64,000 nucleotides of DNA from a bacterium (lineage in GTDB: Bacteria > Bacteroidota > Ignavibacteria > UBA10030), in the NCBI GenBank assembly GCA_043803945.1, contig JAZDJN010000048.1:1-64000 (forward strand), given 5' to 3'. Both the position numbers and the translations under genes were made by a program. Positions within the stretch are counted from its first letter, which is position 1; every line of letters begins with the position of its first letter. Shown piece after piece: positions 17,779 through 27,845 of this stretch. Under the pieces are notes generated by a model that searched no databases, was not told where the DNA came from, and saw only the letters and a list, made by a program, of their open reading frames with translations.

Positions 17779-19695
17779 CTACCTCGCCTGCTTCTGAATT
17801 TCATTCAACTTTTGGAGAAAATCGACAGCATCCTGCCGGAGTGGATCGATGGCAATTGCCTTGTTGAAATATTCCCGTGCTTTCTGATAATCCTTCCCTG
17901 TCTGGTAAGCCAGCCCGAGTTGGATATTGGTCAGATAACTCTTCGAATTTAATTCGAGCGCCCGTAGGAAATGCTCGATCGCATGGACGGGATCGCCATC
18001 TCCCATATATCCAAATCCGAGGTTAATGTTAATTTCCCAGTAGTCATTGCCGCGGAGAAGAGCTTCCGACAGGACCTCGATCATTGGTTTGTAATTGCCG
18101 CCTTTGCGATAGAGCGTGAACGCTTCACGGTATGCACTGAGGTACATCGTATCGGCCAGATACGCCTGCTGAAAAAAAGTCAATGCACGGATGGGATCGT
18201 TCGCCTGCGCATAATATTTTCCAAGGGAGTACAAACTATATGCAAATCCAGGTGCTAGAGTAATGCTCTGCCGATATTTTTCCTGTGCCGCTTCATTGTT
18301 CCCTATGCGTGCAGCTTCACCCGCTTCACTCAACAGCTTCAGAATATCGGGGGGGATTTTTTTCTCCCGGATATCCATGAGAACCCGAAGGAAATCGAAT
18401 CGCTCAGATAATTCCGGTTCGTACGAGCTGGTGAAGATCTTTATAATTTCCTGACGTGCTGCTGGAAAATCGCCTGCATAGAAATCACTCACCGTTTTCA
18501 GCATAGAATAATAGGGCAGAGGGAAGGTTGAATCCTTCTGGACGTTCGCGAGAAATGGATCGGGAAAGATTGCCTGCCGGTTGCGAAGCCGTTGGTTTGC
18601 AAGCTGCAGGAAGGTGTAATAGGATTCTGATACTTCGTACTTTGTCAATTGTGTCTGAAGTTCTGCGGGGAGAACCGGCTTCCACGCTGCCGTCGTATCG
18701 GAGAAATTGAGAGAGGAGAATGCATGAGCAAGAGCCTCAATCATATAGTGATAGACGTAACTGGGCTTCTGACCGATACGGGCATCGATGATCCATTGAA
18801 CATTTTCATTGTCAAGTGCACGTTTAAGGGAGTCGCGGGTCAATCCCGTTTTTCTTATTGCTTCGTTTGCCTGATCGATGATTGCCTTGACACTGCCTTC
18901 CGACTCAGAGATTCGTAACAGAGGGATGGGAAGAGAATCCACCACGAATTGAAACACCGGGCGGAAGAGATCGACCTGCGCAATTTTCTCCTTGAGCTTT
19001 ATGCTCTCGCTGGCAATCGTGGCTGTAAAGAATGCGGTATTCTCTTTGAGATATTCGGCAAAGCATGTTGTTCGCAAGTTCTGGATCGCTGCATACTGCG
19101 GAAAAATATCCAACTCAGGTTTCTTCAGAAGCTGTTCATAGTATCCCATGGCCTCTTTGTACTGTTTTGCGCCCATGGCTTTTTCCGCACTACTGAGAGT
19201 GGAAATCAGGAAAGAGTAGCCGGGCCATAACTCTTGCGGTACTTTAATTTCCCCCTGACTCTTTGCTTCGCCCAGTTGAAATTGAACAAGGAACAATTGA
19301 TGGATCTTGACATCCTTCGGAAAACCGATCAGGATGGAGGTGCGGTTGCTGTCGGTAACAATGTCGCCCTTGAAGGCGGCGCCTACAGTTTTTTCACTCT
19401 GGTAAAGAGTGAGTTTTGGAAGTTCTTCCTTGAGAAAATCAGGGTCCAGTTTCCAATCCCCGATTGAGCGGAAGATGAAATAGAAGTACTGGCCGTCATT
19501 CACATTCTCACTTGTTAAGGGAAATGTGCGGGATTGGTTGGAAAGATCGACCTGGGCGAATCGTTCCCCGCTCATTCCAAAAAGGCCGGACTTCTCCTTG
19601 ACTTTCAATTGCACAGATTGTGCCTGAGCAAGTACGGGAAGAATGGAAAAATAGATGATCAGAAAAGCGAGCGCAATTTTATTCGTGGTAACCAT
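17779..19695 (-). CDS. Exported tetratricopeptide-repeat protein
   Basis: Signal peptide after ATG 19695 (alternative 19719); several C-terminal TPR repeats such as LGLAYQTGKDYQKAREYFNKAIAIDP. Confidence 0.85.
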   Translation of the reverse strand: MVTTNKIALAFLIIYFSILPVLAQAQSVQLKVKEKSGLFGMSGERFAQVDLSNQSRTFPLTSENVNDGQYFYFIFRSIGDWKLDPDFLKEELPKLTLYQSEKTVGAAFKGDIVTDSNRTSILIGFPKDVKIHQLFLVQFQLGEAKSQGEIKVPQELWPGYSFLISTLSSAEKAMGAKQYKEAMGYYEQLLKKPELDIFPQYAAIQNLRTTCFAEYLKENTAFFTATIASESIKLKEKIAQVDLFRPVFQFVVDSLPIPLLRISESEGSVKAIIDQANEAIRKTGLTRDSLKRALDNENVQWIIDARIGQKPSYVYHYMIEALAHAFSSLNFSDTTAAWKPVLPAELQTQLTKYEVSESYYTFLQLANQRLRNRQAIFPDPFLANVQKDSTFPLPYYSMLKTVSDFYAGDFPAARQEIIKIFTSSYEPELSERFDFLRVLMDIREKKIPPDILKLLSEAGEAARIGNNEAAQEKYRQSITLAPGFAYSLYSLGKYYAQANDPIRALTFFQQAYLADTMYLSAYREAFTLYRKGGNYKPMIEVLSEALLRGNDYWEININLGFGYMGDGDPVHAIEHFLRALELNSKSYLTNIQLGLAYQTGKDYQKAREYFNKAIAIDPLRQDAVDFLQKLNEIQKQAR

Positions 19696-19892
19696 CGATT
19701 GTGCCTGGGCGGAGTTCATAGATTGGTAACTTTTACATTCTGTCGAAATATAGAGAATGCTCTGAGGAGAAGCAACAGATGCCTTCTCCTTGACATTCAA
19801 CTGGAAAATACCGAACATTCTACCAGCCCGATTGAGATATCGGGCGCAATATCCAACCAGCGATGCTGAAGAAGTCTGAAGGGGGACATACA

Positions 19893-22292
19893 ATGTGGCT
19901 GATCCGAGGAAATAGCCTGCTGATGCTCGTTGTGATTGTTTTGAATCTCACCCTAGCACAGCAAGAGAGTGTTCTTACAAACCAACTGTTCATTGAACGA
20001 ATAGGATCGCTCCCCTTATTTGCTCCCTCGCCCCGACTTGTTACGGCCAGTTCCGGACAGTTCCTTGCTCTTGCTTCACAAAAACAACTCAAGCTGATTG
20101 ATCTCGGTTCCTTTTCTGAATTCGCTTCGATAGACGGAATTCCACAACTCGTCACCAGTCTGAGTTTTTCAGCCGATGGTAAACAACTGTTTGTGGGTAA
20201 GGTTGATGGGCATATCACGATCTGGGACGTCTCCACCCGCAAGTGGCTTGAGGATTTTTCCATTCATTCATCAGCCGTTGTTTCTATAGGGATCTCATCA
20301 AAGAAGTTGGTACTCACTTCGTCGTTCGATAAAACCATGCGGCTGAGCGATCCAACGATGAAAAATGCAATTAAATCGATTTCAAGGTTTCCGTATCCCT
20401 GCGTTGGGTTTTACCTGAATCCAACGGAATCTGCACTCTCCGTTGTTCGAGAGAGCGAGATACGGATTTTCTCATTTCCAGCATTGGAAGATCTTGGCGT
20501 GCATTCTCTCCAGAGTACCATCACAGTCTCTGCGGTAAGCCCCCAGGGATCCACTATTGCCCTGGGCAGCACCGATGGCAAAGTTCACCTCTGGAATCTT
20601 GAATCAAAATCGGTGAAAAATGTTTTCAAGATTTCGAACGCAGCAATTACCGCTCTTGCTTTCGATAGCACGGGCAAATGGCTTGCATGCGGAACGCTCG
20701 ACAGTCTTCTCTCCATTATCACACCCGGTTCCGGCGCCACGCTTGGAAATAAAAGGGAAGAGAAGTGCTATTACACGTCGCTTACATTTAGCGGAGGCAA
20801 GTCCTTAGCGGCAGGCACCTCAACTGGACAGGTAGTACTCTGGAAGGTTCTCGAAGAACCGCCTGACAAGGATGCTCCGGTCATCGTGATCGCCGAACCG
20901 GAAATTCAGAATCGCTCAGTGTTAAAATTATTCGCCAAGGAAGTTTCTGTAAGCGGGCTCGTATCGGATAAAAGTATTGTGACCAGTATTTCGATCAAAG
21001 GATTTGATGGCCCCATGCAGATCACAGAAGCCGGGAAGGTTGAAGGGCCGCAGGGAAGTTTAACCGGCAAACGGTTCAGTGCTCAGGTGCCTTTGAAGAA
21101 AACCGGGTTGAATGAATTTGAAATTACAGCGACTGATCAATACGGTAACAGAAATTCGACTCCATTTGCCATCCAGAGACTCTCGAACGACGAAGCGTTG
21201 GAGATTCTCAGCCCGTTGCCGAACACAGAAACCGATAGCATTGCTGCACGGCTTCGATTCAGAACTTGGTTCGATGTTGAATCGTACCAGGTCATCGCCA
21301 ACATGCAGGAGATGATTACCAACCGTTCTCCGGTGAAATCCAATGGAGTATACAGCGATAAAATTCCTCTCGTAGTTGGCTACAATCAAATTCAGATCGT
21401 GGTGAAAAGCCTGACGGGAGAAAAATTTACACGGACGCTGGGTGTGACAAAAAAAGTGTTAGGGCCGCTCACGACACAAACAAACCGTGTTGAGAGTAAG
21501 GGGCGAACTTCGGAACCGCAAAAATGGGCTGTCATTGTCGGTGTCTCCGAATATCAGAATCGCGGTATTCCTTCACTAAAATATGCCGATCGTGATGCAC
21601 AGGCCTTCGCCGAATTTCTTCAAAAGCCGGAAGGCGGCGGGTACGAACCCAGCCATATGCGCATCCTTCTGAATAAGGATGCGACAGTGAGCAATCTCAA
21701 GGAGGCACTGCTCGATTTTCTTACACAGGCCATCGATAAGGATCTGGTGATGATCTACTTTGCCGGTCATGGCGCACCCGATCCGGCTCGCCCGCAGAAC
21801 CTGTACCTGCTCACCCACGATTCTGATCCAGCCAGGCTCGGACTCACCGCGTTTCCGATGTGGCAGATTGAAGATGTCCTCAAGCGCTACATTTCGGCCC
21901 GGCGCATCGTCGTTTTCTCCGATGCATGCCATAGCGGCGGCATCAGTGCCGACTTTGCCTCGCGGGGCCTCGATGTTACCAAGACTAATCTGATCAATCA
22001 ATTCATGGCCGACCTGTCGCGAACGAAGGAAGGAACGATTGTCTTCACTGCGAGCGCAGCGGGCGAGGTCTCACAGGAATTTTCGGAATTTAGCCACGGT
22101 GCGTTCACCTATTATTTGCTGGAGGGGATGAAAGGGGCTGCCGATTTCAATAACGATTATACAGTCACGATTAATGAACTCATGCAATACGTCGAAGATC
22201 AGGTTAAGCGGAAAACAAAGGGTGCACAAAATCCCACTCGCAGCCAGACGACGTACGATAAGGAACTAACGATTTCTCTCATTGCCCACTAA
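19893..22292 (+). CDS. Exported WD40 + Ig-like + caspase (peptidase C14) protein
   Basis: Signal peptide, WD40 repeats, KWAVIVGVSEY, FAGHG and DACHSG catalytic His/Cys. Confidence 0.92.
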   Translation: MWLIRGNSLLMLVVIVLNLTLAQQESVLTNQLFIERIGSLPLFAPSPRLVTASSGQFLALASQKQLKLIDLGSFSEFASIDGIPQLVTSLSFSADGKQLFVGKVDGHITIWDVSTRKWLEDFSIHSSAVVSIGISSKKLVLTSSFDKTMRLSDPTMKNAIKSISRFPYPCVGFYLNPTESALSVVRESEIRIFSFPALEDLGVHSLQSTITVSAVSPQGSTIALGSTDGKVHLWNLESKSVKNVFKISNAAITALAFDSTGKWLACGTLDSLLSIITPGSGATLGNKREEKCYYTSLTFSGGKSLAAGTSTGQVVLWKVLEEPPDKDAPVIVIAEPEIQNRSVLKLFAKEVSVSGLVSDKSIVTSISIKGFDGPMQITEAGKVEGPQGSLTGKRFSAQVPLKKTGLNEFEITATDQYGNRNSTPFAIQRLSNDEALEILSPLPNTETDSIAARLRFRTWFDVESYQVIANMQEMITNRSPVKSNGVYSDKIPLVVGYNQIQIVVKSLTGEKFTRTLGVTKKVLGPLTTQTNRVESKGRTSEPQKWAVIVGVSEYQNRGIPSLKYADRDAQAFAEFLQKPEGGGYEPSHMRILLNKDATVSNLKEALLDFLTQAIDKDLVMIYFAGHGAPDPARPQNLYLLTHDSDPARLGLTAFPMWQIEDVLKRYISARRIVVFSDACHSGGISADFASRGLDVTKTNLINQFMADLSRTKEGTIVFTASAAGEVSQEFSEFSHGAFTYYLLEGMKGAADFNNDYTVTINELMQYVEDQVKRKTKGAQNPTRSQTTYDKELTISLIAH

Positions 22293-22310
22293 CGATTTGA
22301 GGAATATGAC

Positions 22311-23009
22311 ATGATCTCTTCACCCATCATTCAACGGTCGACATTTCTGTTTCTTCTCCTAACTACCCTGCTTCTTCTTCCGTGGAATATAACGGTACGT
22401 GCGCAAGAGAAAGAAAATGTTAGTTTCGAATGGGGATTTGGCGTAATCTCCAGTTCGACGGCCGAAACAAAGCTCACTCCGGTCCTGAAAGACACCATGC
22501 TCAAATCTGGCGACCAGATCAAGATGGTTGTCAAACTAAAACGGGCATGCTTCGTCTATGTGATTCACGAATCCCCGGATGGTGAGCTTATCCTTCGATT
22601 TCCCTACGACTTTAACCAATTCACAACCGATTACACATTGGCAAAGAACTACTACATCCCTAAGGGCCGCGACTGGTTCAAACTCGATAAGGATATTGGC
22701 AGAGAAACTTTCTATCTTCTCGCGTCAGCCGAGCGTCTGACGGATCTTGAAAAGATGCTGCAGCAATACAAAGCGGCTGATGCATCGGCGAAGCCGGCTC
22801 TTGCCAAGGATATTGTCACCGAGATTCGGAATGTGCGAAAGCGGTATAAAACATTTACCACGTACGCCGAACGGCCAATTTCCATAGGGGGAAATGTACG
22901 GGGAGTTGAACGGGCGCCAAGTGCATCCCGTCCCGATGTCGCTTCCATAGCAACGGAAATCTCGGCTAACAACTTCTACGGAAGAACATTCACACTTGAC
23001 CATAAGTAG
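22311..23009 (+). CDS. Exported DUF4384-like protein
   Basis: Signal peptide; LKSGDQIK..FVYVIHESPDG..FP..G.ETFYLLAS pattern. Confidence 0.8.
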   Translation: MISSPIIQRSTFLFLLLTTLLLLPWNITVRAQEKENVSFEWGFGVISSSTAETKLTPVLKDTMLKSGDQIKMVVKLKRACFVYVIHESPDGELILRFPYDFNQFTTDYTLAKNYYIPKGRDWFKLDKDIGRETFYLLASAERLTDLEKMLQQYKAADASAKPALAKDIVTEIRNVRKRYKTFTTYAERPISIGGNVRGVERAPSASRPDVASIATEISANNFYGRTFTLDHK

Positions 23010-24978
23010 AGTCAGAACGCTGCGGGCCATACTTTTCATCGTTGTGGCCACATTTCTATTCGTTCACCTTCTGTTTGTGCTCTTTCCCAATGTGTTTGAG
23101 CCATGGAATGCACAGATGGTTGACCAACTGTTTTCCATGAGAGCACGCTCCGAAACCTTCCAACCGGTATACGACAGCACAATCGTTCATGTCGATATTT
23201 CCGATCAGACATTTGCAGAGCTTGAACACTCCTATCTGAATAGAACGCAGTATGCCCGTGTCATCACCAATCTTGCTGGGATGAACACGAGACTGCAAAT
23301 CTGGGATTTTATTCTTCCAGCACGGACTAACGCTATCGAGGACAGCTCACTTATCAGTGCAGTTGCCAATTCAGGCAATACCTATTTTGGAATTGCCTTC
23401 AAAATAGAAAAGGAAAAATCCCGTTCTCACACACCGATCACCAGTGAACGAACAACGCAGTACCTGCAAATGACACTCTGGCAGATTCAGGTCGAAGGCG
23501 ACGTCTCAGGAATACCGGACGCCTACCAACCGAAGATGACATTCTCCGCTCTCGCGTCAGTGTCGCGCGGGCTCGGCTTCATCAACCTGGATTTCGACCG
23601 TGATGGTGTTTATCGACGGGTTCCGCTTCTCTACCGCCATGGAGGCGGCTTTTATCCGAGCTTCTCCTTCCGGGCTGCGTGCGACTATCTGGGTGTTACG
23701 CCCGACCGCGTGGAACTGCGCGCAGGTTCATCCGTAACATTGAAGGGAGCGAAGCGCCCCGGGGGCCAGCCTCATGATATTGTCATCCCGATTGACGAAA
23801 AGGGGGAAATGCTTGTCAATTATATTGGGCCTCTCCATCGCAACGATAGTGTCTCAACGATGCAGCACATTGATTTTGCGGATGTGCTGCGTGCCTCTGA
23901 TGATCGGACGGATTTTGAAAATATGAGTGAAGCCCTCCAGGGCAAGCTCATTGTCGTTTCCGAGGTAGCCACCGGTGCATCCGATGTCGGTCCAGTGCCG
24001 ACCGATAACCAGTTTCCGCTGAGCGGAGTGCACTCGAATGCCATTAATACAATATTGACGGAGAACTTTCTTACGGCATTTAACTGGGCGGAGATGGCAC
24101 TGGTAGAAATTGTTCTGCTGGCGATTATTGTGATGCTCGCTCTTCAGTTCTCTTCACGCAATTTTTCTTTTGGGGCTGTCCTTCTGATGCTCGGCTATAT
24201 GCTGCTTGTGGTTCTCCTCTTCCTGATTACCAATACCATTCTCGTGGTTCTGCGCCCTGTCCTTCACATTGCTCTTGCTGCCTTTGGCATTATCGCGTAT
24301 CGCTACATCAATGAACAGAAAGAAAGGCAGGCCTTACAGCGTACCTTTGAAGCGTACTTTCCACCGGGTGTTGTGAAGAAGATAATGGAGAACCCTGCAC
24401 TGATCACCGAGAAAGGTCAGAAGAAAGAGCTTACAATTCTCTTCAGCGATATTAAAAAATTCACAACCTATTCGTCCACCATGACTCCCGAACAAATCCA
24501 GCGCCTGCTCAATGAATATTTCGACGCAATGGTCGAGATCGTCTTCAAGTACGAGGGAACGGTTGATAAGTTTATCGGCGATGGGCTGATGGTCTTTTTT
24601 GGTGATCCCGAAGATCAACCGGATCATGCTCTTCGCTGCGTGCAGGCCGCGGTAGAGATGCAAAAGAAATGCCGCGAGTTAAAGGAGAAATATCAGCATG
24701 AATATAATTTCCCTTTGAAAATCAGGATCGGCATTAACACAGGAACAGTTGCCGTGGGGAACATGGGATCCGAGAGGCGTCTTTCTTACACTGTCCTCGG
24801 ATCGGATGTGAATCTCGCCCAGCGCCTTGAATCGAATGCTCCGGTGGAAGGGATTATGGTTTCCCGACGGACCTACGATCTGATCGCGGGGAAGGTTTCC
24901 ACACGGCCACTTGAACCGATACGGGTAAAAGGGCTGGAGGAAACACCGATTGAGGTTTACGAGGTGATGGTAGAATAA
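22996..24978 (+). CDS. CHASE2-domain class III adenylate cyclase
   Basis: CHASE2 motifs (DRDGVYRRVPL, SGVHSNAINTIL), TM helices, ILFSDIKKFT, KFIGDG, YTVLGSDVNLAQRLE; start approximate. Confidence 0.92.
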   Translation: MTISRVRTLRAILFIVVATFLFVHLLFVLFPNVFEPWNAQMVDQLFSMRARSETFQPVYDSTIVHVDISDQTFAELEHSYLNRTQYARVITNLAGMNTRLQIWDFILPARTNAIEDSSLISAVANSGNTYFGIAFKIEKEKSRSHTPITSERTTQYLQMTLWQIQVEGDVSGIPDAYQPKMTFSALASVSRGLGFINLDFDRDGVYRRVPLLYRHGGGFYPSFSFRAACDYLGVTPDRVELRAGSSVTLKGAKRPGGQPHDIVIPIDEKGEMLVNYIGPLHRNDSVSTMQHIDFADVLRASDDRTDFENMSEALQGKLIVVSEVATGASDVGPVPTDNQFPLSGVHSNAINTILTENFLTAFNWAEMALVEIVLLAIIVMLALQFSSRNFSFGAVLLMLGYMLLVVLLFLITNTILVVLRPVLHIALAAFGIIAYRYINEQKERQALQRTFEAYFPPGVVKKIMENPALITEKGQKKELTILFSDIKKFTTYSSTMTPEQIQRLLNEYFDAMVEIVFKYEGTVDKFIGDGLMVFFGDPEDQPDHALRCVQAAVEMQKKCRELKEKYQHEYNFPLKIRIGINTGTVAVGNMGSERRLSYTVLGSDVNLAQRLESNAPVEGIMVSRRTYDLIAGKVSTRPLEPIRVKGLEETPIEVYEVMVE

Positions 24979-25048
24979 CTTTCCGTCATTCCTCTTTGAG
25001 AAAGAAGAAAGACACCCTTCTTCCATCCGAATGTAGCCGTCCTGCAGT

Positions 25049-25246
25049 CTACTCCTTTGTAAGATACTCTTTGGCTTCCTCCAACGATTTGCAATGAACG
25101 ATCTGTTCTTTAGAGAACATGTTGATGGCATTGAGAAATACCAATTTCATTCCGGTCATCCCGAGCACTGCACGCTTCCTCACATGCTTTTTCGATTCCG
25201 CTGCAGTTTTTTGGAGAACTTCCAGTACCGCCTGATTGATAAAACT
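25049..25246 (-). pseudogene. C-terminal fragment of a SpoIIAA-like (STAS/SEC14-type) protein
   Basis: Manual translation SFINQAVLEVLQKTAAESKKHVRKRAVLGMTGMKLVFLNAINMFSKEQIVHCKSLEEAKEYLTKE*; preceded by an in-frame TAA with no start at the 5' end. Confidence 0.55.
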
Positions 25247-25304
25247 TTACCAACAGGATTGAGACTAAAAATCAAACTGAAAGTAGCAAAAAGACAATTC
25301 TGTC

Positions 25305-25808
25305 TTATAGATCGATTTCAAGCGGATCTTGTTCCATTGCGTTAACCCGCCACTCCTGTGCATCAACATCGAAATCCGCTATTTTTTCAATCGGCATCTT
25401 CAGATATTTCCCAAATGCTGAAACTCCGATGGTGCCATCCTGCAAGGGGATCTCTCCAGTCCCTTCGAAGATCCGGGAGGTATTCTTCGTGATCCGTCCG
25501 ACCACGCGCAACTCCTGGTCTAATGGAATGGGCTTATGGTATTTCAGACTCAATTCGATAGTAACGCCAAAGACCTCATTATCGATGATTCTGATTGCCC
25601 GACCCACGGTCTCGTCGAGCAGCGCTCCCGCAATACCGCCATGCAGTCTGTTGGGATAGCTCTGATGCTGGTTCAACGGTGAGTAGATCGCAACGAGCTC
25701 GCCATGGGCCAATTCGTAAAACGATGCCTTCAATCCAAACTCATTTTTTAAACCGCATACAAGACAGTGAGCACTGTTTTCCTGCTTCTTAACGACTGCA
25801 TGTTTCAT
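25305..25808 (-). CDS. PaaI-family (hotdog) thioesterase
   Basis: CLVCG..N..GL and HQSYPNRLHGGIAGALLDE motifs. Confidence 0.9.
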   Translation of the reverse strand: MKHAVVKKQENSAHCLVCGLKNEFGLKASFYELAHGELVAIYSPLNQHQSYPNRLHGGIAGALLDETVGRAIRIIDNEVFGVTIELSLKYHKPIPLDQELRVVGRITKNTSRIFEGTGEIPLQDGTIGVSAFGKYLKMPIEKIADFDVDAQEWRVNAMEQDPLEIDL

Positions 25809-26092
25809 AAGATCCTATCTCCGGGGTGTCGAACAAGTTGCGTAAAACTATTGATTGTGAAACTGAAAGGCAAGGCAAAATATTATTGGTCAATCTTTTA
25901 TACTCCGCTGCCTTTGAAGCTCCATTCCTTGTGATGAGTATTATTCATTTGAACCAGGCAACTTGATTTTCGATTCCCCATTGTTCATATTTAAGAAAGA
26001 AAACGAGAGTAATCCGATATCGAGAAAACGACGCAACTAATTGAAAGTTGATTCCGTCTAACAAATCAAGAATGCTTACACGAAATCTCCAT

Positions 26093-26950
26093 ATGGAGCA
26101 GCGGAAATGGTCGCCCGAAATGGCGTTTCAGTTCTGTGAACAACTGGCAAGCAATCACTACGAAAACTTTCCGGTGGCCTCATTTTTTATTCCTCGTGAT
26201 AAGCGCCGCTACATCGCCGCCATCTATGCCTTTGCACGTATTGCGGATGATTTTGCCGATGAACCAGGCCTGACTCCTGCGGAGCGCATCGACAGCTTGA
26301 ATGACTGGGAAGAACAATTGATGGCTTGTGTGCAGGGGGAAGCCACACACCCGGTGTTTATTGCAGTCCGTGAAACGATAGAACGGTTCGAAATTCCATG
26401 GCAGTTGCTCAGAAATTTGTTACAGGCTTTTCGCACGGACGTCACTATGCATCGCTATGAATCCTTTGAGAGCGTGCTTGAATATTGCCGATTTTCCGCT
26501 AATCCGGTGGGACGTCTGTTGTTATTGCTCTTTAATTATCGCAGCGAGTCAATGCTGGCACAGTCGGATGCCATTTGCACTGCCCTGCAGCTCACAAATT
26601 TCTGGCAGGATATTGCCGTTGACCTTGAGAAAGATCGCGTGTACATTCCATTGGAAGATTTGCGGGAGTTTGGCTATACTGAGAGAGATCTCTTTCAACG
26701 GCGGTACAATAAGGGCTTTCATGATCTCCTCCGGTTTGAAGTAGAACGGACCGAACGCCTGTTTCAACATGGCAAGCCGTTGCTGAACCAGCTTGGAAAC
26801 GACCTCCGCCTCGAGATCAGAATGACCTGGAACGGAGGGATGCAAATTCTCCGGAAGATTCATAAACAGAACTACGATGTTTTTAAGAAACGGCCGACGT
26901 TGACGAAGTTTGACAAAGCGAAAATTTTGCTGACCTCATTACGGGCATGA
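26093..26950 (+). CDS. hpnC: Squalene synthase HpnC
   Basis: HYENFPVAS, ADDFADE, SANPVGR, QLTNFWQD; start uncertain (26072 or 26093). Confidence 0.92.
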   Translation: MEQRKWSPEMAFQFCEQLASNHYENFPVASFFIPRDKRRYIAAIYAFARIADDFADEPGLTPAERIDSLNDWEEQLMACVQGEATHPVFIAVRETIERFEIPWQLLRNLLQAFRTDVTMHRYESFESVLEYCRFSANPVGRLLLLLFNYRSESMLAQSDAICTALQLTNFWQDIAVDLEKDRVYIPLEDLREFGYTERDLFQRRYNKGFHDLLRFEVERTERLFQHGKPLLNQLGNDLRLEIRMTWNGGMQILRKIHKQNYDVFKKRPTLTKFDKAKILLTSLRA

Positions 26951-26954
26951 AACG

Positions 26955-27845
26955 ATGAGCGCTCATACCATTGATACGGTTCTTCCTGATTTCTCGCAAA
27001 ATCGGCAGAGCAATTTCTTTTTCTCATTCCTGCTTCTCCCGCCCGTGAAGCGCGATGCCATTGAGACGATCTACGCATTCTGCCGCTATACCGATGATAT
27101 CGTCGATGAAGAAACGGATGTCAAGGAGAAATATTCGCGGCTTCACCAGTGGACAGCGGAACTCCAGAAAGCGTTATATGGCGAATCCCGGTTTACACTT
27201 CTGAATCGGTTGAATATCATCATCAATCGGTTTAATATCCCCGTGAATCATTTCCATGAGTTGCTCAAAGGTATGGAAATGGACTTAACGAAGAATCGCT
27301 ATGAGACATTCGACGAGTTGGAGGTGTACTGCTATCGCGCTGCATCGACAGTCGGTCTGATCTGTGCGGAAGTCTTCGGGTATCATCATGCCACAACGAA
27401 AGAGTACGCAATCAACCTTGGCATTGCACTGCAGTTGACGAATATTTTGCGCGACATCAAATCAGATGCCAAAGGTGGGCGGATTTACATTCCCCGGAAA
27501 GATATGGAACTCTTTGGCTATGCAGAAGAGGAACTGCTGAACTCCGTCTACAACGACCGGTTCCGGGCCCTGATGAAATTTGAATGTGATCGCGCACACC
27601 AATATTTCCGGAAAGCGAAACGTAATTTAGCGGAGGATGACAAGCCTCTCTTCTGTGCTGCCAGGGTCATGGGCAATATCTATTATTTACTGCTTCGACG
27701 AATTGAGCGCGCAGACTACGACGTTTTTTCCAGGCGCATCCGGTTGACCTCATTGGTGAAGCTGCTTGTTGCAATGGTCTTGCGTCTCCGCAACAAGCTC
27801 CCCAAAAATTTCCATCGCTACATCCGAACTGAACTCCCTGCCTGA
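26955..27845 (+). CDS. hpnD: Presqualene diphosphate synthase HpnD
   Basis: YAFCRYTDDIVD, LQLTNILRDI, GRIYIP. Confidence 0.9.
   Translation: MSAHTIDTVLPDFSQNRQSNFFFSFLLLPPVKRDAIETIYAFCRYTDDIVDEETDVKEKYSRLHQWTAELQKALYGESRFTLLNRLNIIINRFNIPVNHFHELLKGMEMDLTKNRYETFDELEVYCYRAASTVGLICAEVFGYHHATTKEYAINLGIALQLTNILRDIKSDAKGGRIYIPRKDMELFGYAEEELLNSVYNDRFRALMKFECDRAHQYFRKAKRNLAEDDKPLFCAARVMGNIYYLLLRRIERADYDVFSRRIRLTSLVKLLVAMVLRLRNKLPKNFHRYIRTELPA

Noticed and set aside
17779-24978. Caspase-cyclase cluster as part of the element or a CBASS/Pycsar-like defence system
   Set aside because: It lies outside the att repeat, looks host-like in composition, and its components are exported or membrane sensors.
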